Positions 11,823 to 25,800 of a stretch of 64,000 nt of DNA are shown one piece after another. Source of the DNA: Lingula anatina (taxonomy: Eukaryota; Animalia; Brachiopoda). Location: the NCBI GenBank assembly GCA_051362555.1, contig CM120644.1:3666954-3730953 (forward strand), in the 5' to 3' direction. The notes under the pieces were generated by a model that did not search any database, was not told where the DNA came from, and worked only from the letters and a program-made list of their open reading frames with translations. Position numbers and translations under genes: made by a program. Each line of letters opens with the position of its first letter. Within the stretch, counting starts at the first letter, position 1.

Positions 11823-14027
11823 TTATTGACCATGGTACCTGTTGTGCATGATTAAAATTCAGTGTTGACTGACAGTGCTATTATAAGCATTATTTATTAT
11901 TGCATCAAAATTGACAAAATGACCTATTTTGCATCTTTATTTTCTGTTTTTTGTCTATACATTTGACAGCTTTGCTGCCTTGTTCTAAAATAATTGTTTT
12001 TTCTAATAATTTCTTAAGGGATTATTACAGAGCATAGGCATCTATTGAGGCCACGTGATCCGATGAAATGCACGGATTTCAGAATCATTTCTATTTGCCG
12101 TTTTTGTGGTAAAATAGAGTATATTATATTTCTATGAGTTATTTACAATGTATTCGTAGTGAAATGCAGATCTCATACAAAGAGTCGTTATCTCTTTAAG
12201 CATATATCCTTTTCTAATTTACATGTAGCAATAGTTATATACACGTTATACGTACGCCTCTCCTGTGTTGTTTTCGACATCCATGGCCCTTACATAATAT
12301 GATTGTACATGTAACTTGGCACGGGGAAGCATATATCTTTTTCTAATGCTCCTTTCAATGTCATTTTAAACAGACATGCATTTCAATAAGATCTACAAGA
12401 CCATAATGATTTTAATTTATAGACGACATCCTCTGGAGACCCCGAAACTAGTTCGAAGGGGAAATAAAAATCAGGAAAAAAAATGCTGCTGAGTGAAATA
12501 CAGGAATACACAGCTGGAAATGTAAATTGAACACAGCGTATCAAACAAGTAAGATGTCTTTATCCTATTCGCTCTGGAAACCTAAATATTCAGCAGTCCA
12601 AGGTAGTCAACTGCTTTATCTCAGTGTATGAAACAAAACGTCATACCTCGCGTAGAGAATATTAAAGAATCTTTCTCATCTCTTCATCTCTGCTTCATAT
12701 CTGTATCATACAAGCAACTGTACGTACTATAGATCGACTTTAAGGTCACCATATCATATACCTCAATGTTCCTCCCATTTCTATCGTCGTTTTAAAAGAA
12801 ACGTGTGTGAGCCGATAGGACGTCTTTGAAACAGTCGCCATAATCGCCCGCTGCCGCCAGTCTCTCGGTTATTTGAAAAATTATTATATCCCCCCCCCCA
12901 TACCAAACTGCAACCGCCCCACACGTTTTCTTGTTAACTTTCATTTTTATGTATTTTGATGATAACGACAACGCGTTGGCCCTCAATTCGCATGTGCAGA
13001 AGTTTCGTTTTGTGACAAATTCGGCCTTCAAAATATATTTGCAGGTTAGAGTCATCATAACTCTTCGTTTTGGCCAAAAATTGGATTTTCCTGGAGTAAA
13101 CGACAATTTTCCCGTACTTACCAATGGTCAACGACCCCATTCCTGCATTCAAAGTTAGTCTAGGGTTTTTTCCCTAAAAGTTTGGTTTTTTGTTAGAATC
13201 TCTAGAGATTTTAACAGACGGAGCCCTCTCTGTCATTGCATAGTCACGCGATATCGAGCAAGGTTTTCTGGTGACCTACTTAAAACCGCGGGAAAAGCAG
13301 ACAACAACAACACTATATAACAATAATATAATATTCATACGATATATTCGCCTTATTGCTCAAAATGCACTTATCTCTACAATGTGTGCAGTTCTGGGCT
13401 TTTTGTTGTCCGACGCACTGTACAAAAACTCGCAACTTAACGTCTGAGGATTGCATCATGCGTCTGCTATCTCATTTCCCGCCATATGTTATTTTGGTCT
13501 CGAATGAACGCGAGAATCCGCGTGACGCCCAAAGTCATTGACAACGGATACCTTGACGACCGGTAAGAAAGGCATCGAAAGCCCTATTGACAAGCACAGT
13601 TTTTAGTTTTACTACAATAACAGCCGTTTTAGTGGTGAAATGCAATATAGTATATGTCCATGCGTTGTTTACAATGTGTTTCTTGCGGAATTTTGAATCT
13701 CAAAGGAAGAGTTATTATTGCTTAAAAAGAAAGTAGCATTCAGTATGACACAAGGTTGGACATCATCAAAAAATCTACAACACAAAGGAGCTGATATTGA
13801 AACATTCTGTCTGAATGATGGGATACTCCAGCTTGCAGGGAATTTTTGAATGTTTAAAAGTGTATTCCAAAGGTGGCACAGGCCATCTTTTTCTTTTTCA
13901 TTGCAACACATTTTCAATTTGTTCATTTGGCTCATGTCGCCTGACTCCCCCCCCCCCCCCCCCCCCCCCCCACCCTTAACAATCTGTATACAGTGGAAAG
14001 TATAAATGTAAGCACTCCTAAATTCTG

Positions 14028-16998
14028 TTAATACTTTTTAGGGGCGGACTTTCTGCGCAATGGTTTTGTTGTCATTTTACAGTGACAGTACTTATTCAGG
14101 CTTTTGTCTTCAGTGCAGCAACAGTTGCTGTCGTAGGTACTTAGTCGTATGACTGGGCTGATAACAGAGTATTGGGAGACAGAAACCGTTGCCCTCGTTT
14201 CACGCACAGACGCTATAAATATCCCTCTTCCTGGCACTGTCTTAATAATAACATTATAAGTAACACAGGGTCTGCTGTCCGATGTTACGGATATATAGGT
14301 GATATTTAATATACTTAATACGTCACACTCTGGTGTAACATTAAAGAGAACGTCATTGATTTTGGCCAATACGGCGTTAGCAATAAAGCATGCTTTCTGT
14401 GAATTAATATCTAGAAAAGCCGGTTCCTGCGGTGTACATAGAGTACAGGTATCTTCTGGTATACCTGCTGAGGCACACGTCCTCTTGCTGGGGAGATTTC
14501 TCAACAAACTTATTCCTTTCGCAATTCCTTCTCTACGTTTCTTGCCATTGGTATCTTCTTCGCTAATTGGCAAATCAGAGTGAAGGATATCGACTAACGT
14601 GGCGTGGATATCGTACGGAGTAACCAATCGCTCTGCGTTCGAGTTTACAGCTGCTGCTATGTGTGGATACTGCTGCCTGAGCCATGGTGGCAGAACCATT
14701 ATTAGCAGAGGATTACTGGCTTCTAGGTGTCCAATAGGGGTGGAGCGGAGCCAGCCAAACCTAGAAGAAACGACAGACTTAAGTGAATATAAATGGTCAA
14801 GACATCACGTTGGTGGGGCCTTCGTTAAAAGTATGAATGAGAATGAAGTGAGAATGTGAGAGTTTGACAGAGAGAGAAACAGGACTCTTCGTAATGAACA
14901 GAAAGAGGTCAGCTCTTCCCAGCTAGAACGGGAGCCCTGGCTGCCCGCGGGAGCCTTGGCTGCCAGACAGACTTCCAGGGAGACTGCATTTTTGCAGTCT
15001 GGAGCTCCAGTGTGCAGTCTCCTTGAGCAGCCAGACTGCAAAGGGGGCTGCAATTACTTAAACATTTTGCAGGGGACTGCAAAGGAGGCTGCAATAACTT
15101 AAACATTTTGCAGGGGCCAACGTATGCAATAAACAACCCAATAGTTATTTAAAAAGTGTTTCTCTTTGCAACTGAGAAGCACATGTGCTAATCTTTTGAT
15201 CAGTAACTTATAGTTATCAGGCTTAAAAGAAAACAATTTTTTTTATGAAGAGCTTGTCAAAATGACTTTAAAATTGTTTGGGTAAAAAGCAGTTTTCGGA
15301 ATTATCCTCCAAGCTATAAACACTCATATCTAGTACATGTCCTTCACCTATAAAAATAACTGAATGAACAGATTTATATATATTTTTAATAATGCTGTGA
15401 AAATGTTATTTTTATTATTATTGCTATTATTATTATTGAAATCAGACAAATGATTGAGGTCGTATTATAATAAACAATTGCATAATATATAAATTCTAAA
15501 CCTTATAGTAAGCATCAATTTAAGTCGAACTTGTGATTAAAATTAACTGGTAACTTTCTATAGACCATTCATTTCAAGCCAGGGACATGCGTATCTTAAC
15601 TGTCAGTTTGATATAAACAGTTCGCCTACAGCTTGCTCAATCAGGTCAAATAACTATACATAGTACAGTTGAATTTAAGCACATGAGCAGGCAGTAACTA
15701 TAACGGTTGAGCTGTTTGAAAAATCTAAGCCAGAAGCAAGGTCAGGAATGTTCTAAGGAAGAGGCAAGAAATCTGAAAAGTGTTGGTTTCTGGATTGAAA
15801 AAGAAGATATTCTTTGGAAAATTAGAAAGAAAAATGAAGAGACAAAGAGACAGGATAAGAAGTGAGCATGCAAGTCTTTTGGTTTTGTATTTTCCTGTAA
15901 TTTACTGATGCACCAGGATCCATAGAGCCATGGAAAGTGTTCAACTTGAAGTTTAGCCCAGCACTTTAAATTCTGTTTGAGGTTTTGAAAAGTACTTGAA
16001 ATTGCTATTAGGCTAAAAAAAGTTTGCATTGAACCATTTTGGTCTTTGTCAAAATATTATTTCAAACTTTGTAGACAATAATTCACAAATGGGGATAATG
16101 CCTTTTAAAACATCTTTTTAAAATACTTTTCATCGTCAGTGTGTTAAAAATACGAAGTTTAAATGAGTCTTTTTTCCTTCGGTATGTACACTTTAAAATT
16201 TCTATTAATAACTTGCCCTCATTAGTTAAAAAACTTTGAAAATTACTTGAACTATTGCTCTTATATGTGTCAGTACTTGTATGAATACTGGCCAGTGAAT
16301 TCTGAGATAGAGTTTTGGAATGATTAATGATGAACAGTAGAATTCCTAGTCTTCTGCTAATATGGGTTTTGTAGAAAAACATATATGTAAAATAGTAAAC
16401 TGAAGTAAATAGTATGGAGAGAAATAAACCAATATGTTAGATAAATGGATCAGATAACTTACATTTTATGATTAAGGGGAAATTTTGTATTTAGATTTGA
16501 AATATACATACTTTGGAGAAAGATTATTACTAGATTTCTTCTGATTAATGTAATTATTGTTTGAATATATACATGTATGAGTTGCAAAAACGATAAAAAA
16601 AATGCCAAATTTTATTTTGCTGAGCAAACTGCTTAGGAGACTGCAGAGTAGACTGTTAGAGGGGCTACTAAGCACACTGCTAGGGGGCCGACAAGCAGAC
16701 TGCTAGGGGGACTGCCAAAGCAGCGTTCCAAAAATGCAAATTAAGACTGCCAAGGGGTCTCCCTCCATACTTAAAGATACCTGCAAAGGAGACTGCAGTG
16801 AGAGCGGGGACTGCTAAAGAGACTGCAAAGCAGGCTCCATAGGGGGACTGTAAAGGAGACTTCATTTCTAGCTGGGGTTGAATCTATTAGTTTCTAATGA
16901 GGGAGAAAGATAGTTTTGCGCGAAAAAAGGGATAAGAAGTTAAAATTTATCAGTTATAAATGTGCGCTCAGTAAGGTAATGAGGAAGTGTGCGTGTGC

Positions 16999-17057
<59 letters not shown>

Positions 17058-18314
17058 GATGAAGGGTAGCTCTATATATATGTACCGTGAACCATGATCG
17101 CTCATAAATAACATTATGGTATTGTTAAAATGTCCTCTTTCCTTGTGCTCTTTCAGAAAGTCTCTGTAATCAGCGTCTGCCAACTGGATGGGGATTTCAT
17201 CATCATGACTTAATTCATTGAAGAAATAAAGACCAAAATACGATTGGCGTTGATAATTTTCAATATAATATCCCAGATACTGAAGTGCAATTCGATGTAT
17301 AGGAACATTACCCAGGCAGAAAGCCTGTGAGTCCCAATACAAGGAAGAATTCTCCATTGCCACCCAGAAAGAATGTGTGTAGAAGTCTGTTGGGGGCCGA
17401 GTAAGCTCAGGATCTATATATGTGAAGGTGGCGTGTAATTTGTCCTCCAAGTAAAACGTCTTATAACCCTGTTCTGAGAAATGATTCCATATAAAAGGGG
17501 CTTCAATACTGGCCTCAGAATGAGGCAATCCAGTCAGAAGCGGGAAAAAATTCGACAGGGAATTTTCTCCAACGGCATGGTATCCGGGAAATATGGCCCC
17601 ATTCATTTCTTTTCTCAAGTATTCTGTTGTTTTCGGGAGATAACGAACGGCACCAGACATCGAGACTCCGTCGTTGATCACAATTAACACATTCAGCCTT
17701 GGTTGTTTTCCCGATGTTTCAGAGTATATTTTTGAAACAAGCTCATCTCTTTTTACCATGTGAAGATGAAAATTTTCATAAACTTTGTATCCGGTTTCGT
17801 TCATGCAGGAAACATACAAAAAATCCTCCTGAAGTTTTACTCTGTTTGCTAGAGGTAAATCGATCCTTTCACTCAAAACAAAGGCCTCTTCTATTTTGTA
17901 AGGTTTTGTTGGATGTCGTATGTATTGATAATAACAGTGTATGTTATCGGTTACTCTGGAGTAGTTTTTGATGATAAGCGTCAAGTATCCGTCTCTGTCA
18001 ACTTTGCTTTCAGCCACTGATGCCTGCCGTAAACATTTCAGCGGTGGAAAATAAGTAATATAAGGCAGAATGGAAGGATCGAACGGATCCAGTTTTTTCA
18101 CTGTCGTATTTGTGCACGTTATTGGCCATATATCTTGTATATGGATCGTGGGATTTTCGTGCATTTGTCCCGTCGTGAAATAGACTTTGTGACGCCGCAG
18201 TCGCCCCAGATATGTATTGGTAAGGACCCATGCTACGAGGGGTATCAGCTGGTATAATACCAGAAGACACAGACTGCTGTAAACCAGAGTCGCCGTCACT
18301 GAAACAATTTTCAT
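14028..18314 (-). CDS. DUF229 copy 3, intact; exons 18314-17086 and 14760-14028, 653 aa
   Basis: True ATG at 18314 (MKIVSV) follows a TTTCAG acceptor. The phase-2 intron 17085-14761 restores SDHGSRFGWLRSTPIGHLEASNP. No stops or frameshifts seen. Confidence 0.88.
14918..16876. mobile_element. Non-autonomous CMC/EnSpm-like element in the copy-3 intron
   Basis: TIR CCCAGCTAGAA / TTCTAGCTGGG with subterminal G(G/A)GACTGC repeats at both ends. Absent from the paralogous intron of copy 6 (about 49875-49885). Confidence 0.7.
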
Positions 18315-19984
18315 CTGAAAGAAAAAAAATAATAGAGGAAAACGCTCATAGATAGCTAGGATCCAAGAAAGATAGTTTAAACATGGTCGTTGTAAATAAG
18401 ATTTTTTAATTGACAAGGTTGTAATGTCACTTACATAAAATATATACGAAAGTTGCTTTCATCGCCGAATCTTTTCGGTAAGGTCACTTTTAAAATTCAT
18501 TGTTTGGCAAGATTTTATACTAAAGATCTCTGTATCAGAGTAGAGTGATCAAAGTAGAGTGAAGCCACCGCGGATGATCACTTATTTGCGACCATGCCAA
18601 CCTTCGATCTTTATGTCAGCGAGCTAGGGTTAGGCTCTTTTTTAGCAGAAAGTAAGACACGATAATTAACCAACGGGGCAGGACATGGTATTTTTGTTAG
18701 CAGATACCTAGCAGCGCATGGATGACAATGTTATTTCCATGGTTACCGCGCCAGGCCGTATGAACAACCCGCAGGGACCCGCAGAGTAAGTAAGAGGGCA
18801 CTGTATATATACCAGTAGATTTATTTATCTATTTATTGTGGAAGGTTTTAGTTGCGTTTAAGAACAGTGAAGGTTATTAAAAAACATTTAACACCCATAC
18901 CTTATCTATATATTTCTCTTAAGCTTGTATCAGCTTCTTTGCAGCCTTCGTTTGATCGATTCAAGCGTTTCCTTGAAGTTTAAAAGCAGTTTTCATCTGA
19001 TTTGATAGTGCTCCGCCATATGTGTACTGCCTTTGTTTACGAAATTTAGATCAGGTAACTTGTGGCTGCATGGAAAAGCCGAACACTTTATAAAACCTGC
19101 ATGTATATGTAGCAGAAGTTATATATGGGCCACTTCTTTTTTCTACTTTACAGTCATTCTCACGCAATGCGGTTAGAAATGTAACTTTAAAAAGATAACA
19201 ACTGTTTATTTTAACCAAAAATTAATTATCCTGGGGTAAACGACAATTTCCTCACACTTACCAATGGTTTATAAATCCATTTCTACATTCAAAGTTAGTC
19301 CCTTTTTTTCTTAAATAATTGTTTTTTTCTCTAATAATTTCTTAAGGGATTATTACAGAGCATAGGCATCTATGGAGGTCACGTGATCCGATGAAAAGCA
19401 GGGATTTCAGAATAATTACTATTTGCCGTTTTGTGGTAAAATAGAGTATATTATATTTCTATGAGTTATTTACAATGTATTCGTTGTGAAATATAGATCT
19501 CATACAAAGAGTCGTTATCCCTTTAAGCATATATCCTTTTCTAATTTCCATGTAGCGATAGTTATACACACATTATACGTACGCCACTCCTGTCTTGTTT
19601 TCGACATCCATGGCCCTTACATAATATGATTGTACATGTAACTTGGCACGGGGAAGCATATATCTTTTTCTAATGCTCTTTTCAATGTCATTGTAAACAG
19701 ACATGCATTTCAATAAGACCTACAAGGCCATAATGATTTAAATTTATGGCAGACATCCTCTGGAGACCCCGAAACTGGATTTGCGGTGGATTATGAACTA
19801 GATTTGCAAAAAGCCAGGTTCTTACGGTATTTTGCGTGGGTACTGACTTTGAAAGCAGTCAGTTTCGGATTTTTTATTGAGTTATTATTTTTTTTTAACA
19901 GGTGCAGATTTTTTAGGGCGAGGAAGTCATTCGTGACATTTATATCATTGTGGCCTTAACAAATGGAACAGTCAAGCATTTTAA

Positions 19985-20989
19985 TATAATTCTATTCGGT
20001 TGAGCGAAGTGAATAAGAATGGAATTATTTTCTCCTAGGGGGCGACACTGTATATATTGTGTTAGTTGTGATATTGGTAAGAATTGTGGGTAAGTCAGTT
20101 ACGATAGTTGTTCATTCGACCAGTTAGCGCAGACCAGTTGACACGTAAATTTTTATTTTCAATTTTTGTTTATGGTTTTGTTGTTTTAATTTTATTAGTA
20201 CATGTGATTCTTTTTGTTTTATAATTACCTTGGTTATTGCTGCAGTGGCTATTTTTATTTTTTTCAATGTTTTGTTATCAAAAGAAGTATAGTGTATGTT
20301 GTGTTAGAGTGTAGGCGTACAGTGTGCATGGGTGCGTGTTTGGGGGTGCGATTTATGTTTATTCATATATTAATTTAATGATTGATTTATATGAGCTGTT
20401 TGGGAGGTAGTTTGCACTTGTGTAGTGGAGAGATAAGTTCGGAGAAGGTGTTTGGGAGGTGGTCTCTGGTGATTTCCTATGTACGGGAGAAATGAGATAG
20501 GAAGTGCTTGGGTTGTGATATTCTGTTAAATCCCCATGTAAGAGAAAGATGAGCTCGGGAGAGCTGTTGGGATGTTATATCCTTATGATTCCCTAAAAAG
20601 GGAAAGGTGAGCTCGGAAGAGCTGTTTGGGATGTGATATCCCGGTGATTCCCTATGAGAGGGAAAGTTGAGCTCGGAAGAGCTGTTTGGAATGTGATATC
20701 CCGGTGATTCCATAGGTAAGGGAAAGATGGGCTCAGAAGAGCTGTTTGGGATGTGATATCCCGGTGAATCCTTTTTATATATAAAAGAGATGATACAGAG
20801 GTTTGGTGAGGAGAGAGTCTCCTCGTGTTTATAATTTATTTACCTAATTATTTATTTTTATTGTTTGTAAATGATTGAAGATGGTTTGAAATAAAACTCG
20901 TGCGCTAACTGCGTCCATATGCACTTTATATGTTGTTTGTGTTATTTTATTATTAATGTTATGCAGTGTCGATTATTGTCTAGGAAAAA
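19985..20989. mobile_element. About 1-kb insertion carrying an approx. 60-bp minisatellite (second copy 24529-25533)
   Basis: Missing from the homologous segment at 36830-37080. Four units of GAGCTCGGAAGAGCTGTTTGGGATGTGATATCCCGGTGATTCC at about 20545-20770. Confidence 0.55.
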
Positions 20990-21194
20990 GATAGTGAAAA
21001 TTGGTGTAATACTGGACCTTACGTTAATACGGATGCCCGGGCGTTTGGAAATTATCACAAGGACTATTGTATTTTACAAATTGTTAGACAATAAGAGCTC
21101 ATGCAGTGAAAAAATGAACGTTTAACTTGCACAATCCTCGACTTGGTGGTACGTCATGGGAGGCCAGGAATTGACCTCAAACTGTAACGTTTTT

Positions 21195-21372
21195 AATGCT
21201 GAAAACAAACACATAATAACCTGAATTTTTATCTTGTTACTCATAACAAATTCCGCTTTATAAGGTTTGTCGGGTTTCGTACGTAAGCCTATTGATAATA
21301 ACAGCGTGCGCTATCTATGGAGTCTTTTGATGACAAGCGTCAAGAATCGTCCGTTTCTATCAACTGCTTCAA
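21195..21372 (-). pseudogene. Ancient DUF229 exon-1 relic (duplicated at 25739-25916)
   Basis: The minus strand reads ..LTLVIK..CYYQ..YVRNPT..YKAEFV, homologous to LTLIIK..CYYQYIRHPTKPYKEDEAFV, with indels. Confidence 0.65.
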
Positions 21373-21629
21373 AGGCAACTTTTTGCGCATGTGTGCCTAG
21401 TGTATTATATATATAATTAACCAACGGGGCAGGACATGGTACTATTGTTAACAGAAACCAAACAGTGCATGGATGACAATGTTATTTCCATGGTTACGCC
21501 AGGCCGTATGAACAACCCGCAGGGACCCGCAGAGTAAGTAAGAGGGCACTGTATATATACCAGTATACCATATATACTATATACCAGAGAGAGAGAGAGA
21601 GGATGAAGGGTAGCTCTATATATATGTAC

Positions 21630-22858
21630 CGTGAACCATGATCGCTCATAAATAACATTATGGTATTGTTAAAATGTCCTCTTTCCTTGTGCTCTTTCAG
21701 AAAGTCTCTGTAATCAGCGTCTGCCAACTGGATGGGGATTTCATCATCATGACTTAATTCATTGAAGAAATAAAGACCAAAATACGATTGGCGTTGATAA
21801 TTTTCAATATAATATCCCAGATACTGAAGTGCAATTCGATGTATAGGAACATTACCCAGGCAGAAAGCCTGTGAGTCCCAATACAAGGAAGAATTCTCCA
21901 TTGCCACCCAGAAAGAATGTGTGTAGAAGTCTGTTGGGGGCCGAGTAAGCTCAGGATCTATATATGTGAAGGTGGCGTGTAATTTGTCCTCCAAGTAAAA
22001 CGTCTTATAACCCTGTTCTGAGAAATGATTCCATATAAAAGGGGCTTCAATACTGGCCTCAGAATGAGGCAATCCAGTCAGAAGCGGGAAAAAATTCGAC
22101 AGGGAATTTTCTCCAACGGCATGGTATCCGGGAAATATGGCCCCATTCATTTCTTTTCTCAAGTATTCTGTTGTTTTCGGGAGATAACGAACGGCACCAG
22201 ACATCGAGACTCCGTCGTTGATCACAATTAACACATTCAGCCTTGGTTGTTTTCCCGATGTTTCAGAGTATATTTTTGAAACAAGCTCATCTCTTTTTAC
22301 CATGTGAAGATGAAAATTTTCATAAACTTTGTATCCGGTTTCGTTCATGCAGGAAACATACAAAAAATCCTCCTGAAGTTTTACTCTGTTTGCTAGAGGT
22401 AAATCGATCCTTTCACTCAAAACAAAGGCCTCTTCTATTTTGTAAGGTTTTGTTGGATGTCGTATGTATTGATAATAACAGTGTATGTTATCGGTTACTC
22501 TGGAGTAGTTTTTGATGATAAGCGTCAAGTATCCGTCTCTGTCAACTTTGCTTTCAGCCACTGATGCCTGCCGTAAACATTTCAGCGGTGGAAAATAAGT
22601 AATATAAGGCAGAATGGAAGGATCGAACGGATCCAGTTTTTTCACTGTCGTATTTGTGCACGTTATTGGCCATATATCTTGTATATGGATCGTGGGATTT
22701 TCGTGCATTTGTCCCGTCGTGAAATAGACTTTGTGACGCCGCAGTCGCCCCAGATATGTATTGGTAAGGACCCATGCTACGAGGGGTATCAGCTGGTATA
22801 ATACCAGAAGACACAGACTGCTGTAAACCAGAGTCGCCGTCACTGAAACAATTTTCAT
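21630..22858 (-). CDS. DUF229 copy 4: duplicate of copy-3 coding exon 1 only (no own exon 2)
   Basis: Same sequence as 17086-18314, with acceptor and donor retained. The duplication breakpoint lies in the intronic (CT)n. Confidence 0.75.
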
Positions 22859-25800
22859 CTGAAAGAAAAAAAATAATAGAGGAAAACGCTCATAGATAGC
22901 TAGGATCCAAGAAAGATAGTTTAAACATGGTCGTTGTAAATAAGATTTTTTAATTGACAAGGTTGTAATGTCACTTACATAAAATATATACGAAAGTTGC
23001 TTTCATCGCCGAATCTTTTCGGTAAGGTCACTTTTAAAATTCATTGTTTGGCAAGATTTTATACTAAAGATCTCTGTATCAGAGTAGAGTGATCAAAGTA
23101 GAGTGAAGCCACCGCGGATGATCACTTATTTGCGACCATGCCAACCTTCGATCTTTATGTCAGCGAGCTAGGGTTAGGCTCTTTTTTAGCAGAAAGTAAG
23201 ACACGATAATTAACCAACGGGGCAGGACATGGTATTTTTGTTAGCAGATACCTAGCAGCGCATGGATGACAATGTTATTTCCATGGTTACCGCGCCAGGC
23301 CGTATGAACAACCCGCAGGGACCCGCAGAGTAAGTAAGAGGGCACTGTATATATACCAGTAGATTTATTTATCTATTTATTGTGGAAGGTTTTAGTTGCG
23401 TTTAAGAACAGTGAAGGTTATTAAAAAACATTTAACACCCATACCTTATCTATATATTTCTCTTAAGCTTGTATCAGCTTCTTTGCAGCCTTCGTTTGAT
23501 CGATTCAAGCGTTTCCTTGAAGTTTAAAAGCAGTTTTCATCTGATTTGATAGTGCTCCGCCATATGTGTACTGCCTTTGTTTACGAAATTTAGATCAGGT
23601 AACTTGTGGCTGCATGGAAAAGCCGAACACTTTATAAAACCTGCATGTATATGTAGCAGAAGTTATATATGGGCCACTTCTTTTTTCTACTTTACAGTCA
23701 TTCTCACGCAATGCGGTTAGAAATGTAACTTTAAAAAGATAACAACTGTTTATTTTAACCAAAAATTAATTATCCTGGGGTAAACGACAATTTCCTCACA
23801 CTTACCAATGGTTTATAAATCCATTTCTACATTCAAAGTTAGTCCCTTTTTTTCTTAAATAATTGTTTTTTTCTCTAATAATTTCTTAAGGGATTATTAC
23901 AGAGCATAGGCATCTATGGAGGTCACGTGATCCGATGAAAAGCAGGGATTTCAGAATAATTACTATTTGCCGTTTTGTGGTAAAATAGAGTATATTATAT
24001 TTCTATGAGTTATTTACAATGTATTCGTTGTGAAATATAGATCTCATACAAAGAGTCGTTATCCCTTTAAGCATATATCCTTTTCTAATTTCCATGTAGC
24101 GATAGTTATACACACATTATACGTACGCCACTCCTGTCTTGTTTTCGACATCCATGGCCCTTACATAATATGATTGTACATGTAACTTGGCACGGGGAAG
24201 CATATATCTTTTTCTAATGCTCTTTTCAATGTCATTGTAAACAGACATGCATTTCAATAAGACCTACAAGGCCATAATGATTTAAATTTATGGCAGACAT
24301 CCTCTGGAGACCCCGAAACTGGATTTGCGGTGGATTATGAACTAGATTTGCAAAAAGCCAGGTTCTTACGGTATTTTGCGTGGGTACTGACTTTGAAAGC
24401 AGTCAGTTTCGGATTTTTTATTGAGTTATTATTTTTTTTTAACAGGTGCAGATTTTTTAGGGCGAGGAAGTCATTCGTGACATTTATATCATTGTGGCCT
24501 TAACAAATGGAACAGTCAAGCATTTTAATATAATTCTATTCGGTTGAGCGAAGTGAATAAGAATGGAATTATTTTCTCCTAGGGGGCGACACTGTATATA
24601 TTGTGTTAGTTGTGATATTGGTAAGAATTGTGGGTAAGTCAGTTACGATAGTTGTTCATTCGACCAGTTAGCGCAGACCAGTTGACACGTAAATTTTTAT
24701 TTTCAATTTTTGTTTATGGTTTTGTTGTTTTAATTTTATTAGTACATGTGATTCTTTTTGTTTTATAATTACCTTGGTTATTGCTGCAGTGGCTATTTTT
24801 ATTTTTTTCAATGTTTTGTTATCAAAAGAAGTATAGTGTATGTTGTGTTAGAGTGTAGGCGTACAGTGTGCATGGGTGCGTGTTTGGGGGTGCGATTTAT
24901 GTTTATTCATATATTAATTTAATGATTGATTTATATGAGCTGTTTGGGAGGTAGTTTGCACTTGTGTAGTGGAGAGATAAGTTCGGAGAAGGTGTTTGGG
25001 AGGTGGTCTCTGGTGATTTCCTATGTACGGGAGAAATGAGATAGGAAGTGCTTGGGTTGTGATATTCTGTTAAATCCCCATGTAAGAGAAAGATGAGCTC
25101 GGGAGAGCTGTTGGGATGTTATATCCTTATGATTCCCTAAAAAGGGAAAGGTGAGCTCGGAAGAGCTGTTTGGGATGTGATATCCCGGTGATTCCCTATG
25201 AGAGGGAAAGTTGAGCTCGGAAGAGCTGTTTGGAATGTGATATCCCGGTGATTCCATAGGTAAGGGAAAGATGGGCTCAGAAGAGCTGTTTGGGATGTGA
25301 TATCCCGGTGAATCCTTTTTATATATAAAAGAGATGATACAGAGGTTTGGTGAGGAGAGAGTCTCCTCGTGTTTATAATTTATTTACCTAATTATTTATT
25401 TTTATTGTTTGTAAATGATTGAAGATGGTTTGAAATAAAACTCGTGCGCTAACTGCGTCCATATGCACTTTATATGTTGTTTGTGTTATTTTATTATTAA
25501 TGTTATGCAGTGTCGATTATTGTCTAGGAAAAAGATAGTGAAAATTGGTGTAATACTGGACCTTACGTTAATACGGATGCCCGGGCGTTTGGAAATTATC
25601 ACAAGGACTATTGTATTTTACAAATTGTTAGACAATAAGAGCTCATGCAGTGAAAAAATGAACGTTTAACTTGCACAATCCTCGACTTGGTGGTACGTCA
25701 TGGGAGGCCAGGAATTGACCTCAAACTGTAACGTTTTTAATGCTGAAAACAAACACATAATAACCTGAATTTTTATCTTGTTACTCATAACAAATTCCGC

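Larger units (their letters stand above)
8582..11984 (+). mobile_element. Non-autonomous Helentron/HINE-like element with internal tandem repeats
   Basis: Absent from the paralogous site at about 19300 and inserted in a T-run. 5' hairpin GTACAGACAC..GTGTCTGTAC, (GTCGCC)n microsatellite, about 165-bp tandem repeats at 8690-9350 and longer diverged repeats beyond. 3' TGTCTATAC plus hairpin GACAGCTTTGCTGCC. Confidence 0.65.
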
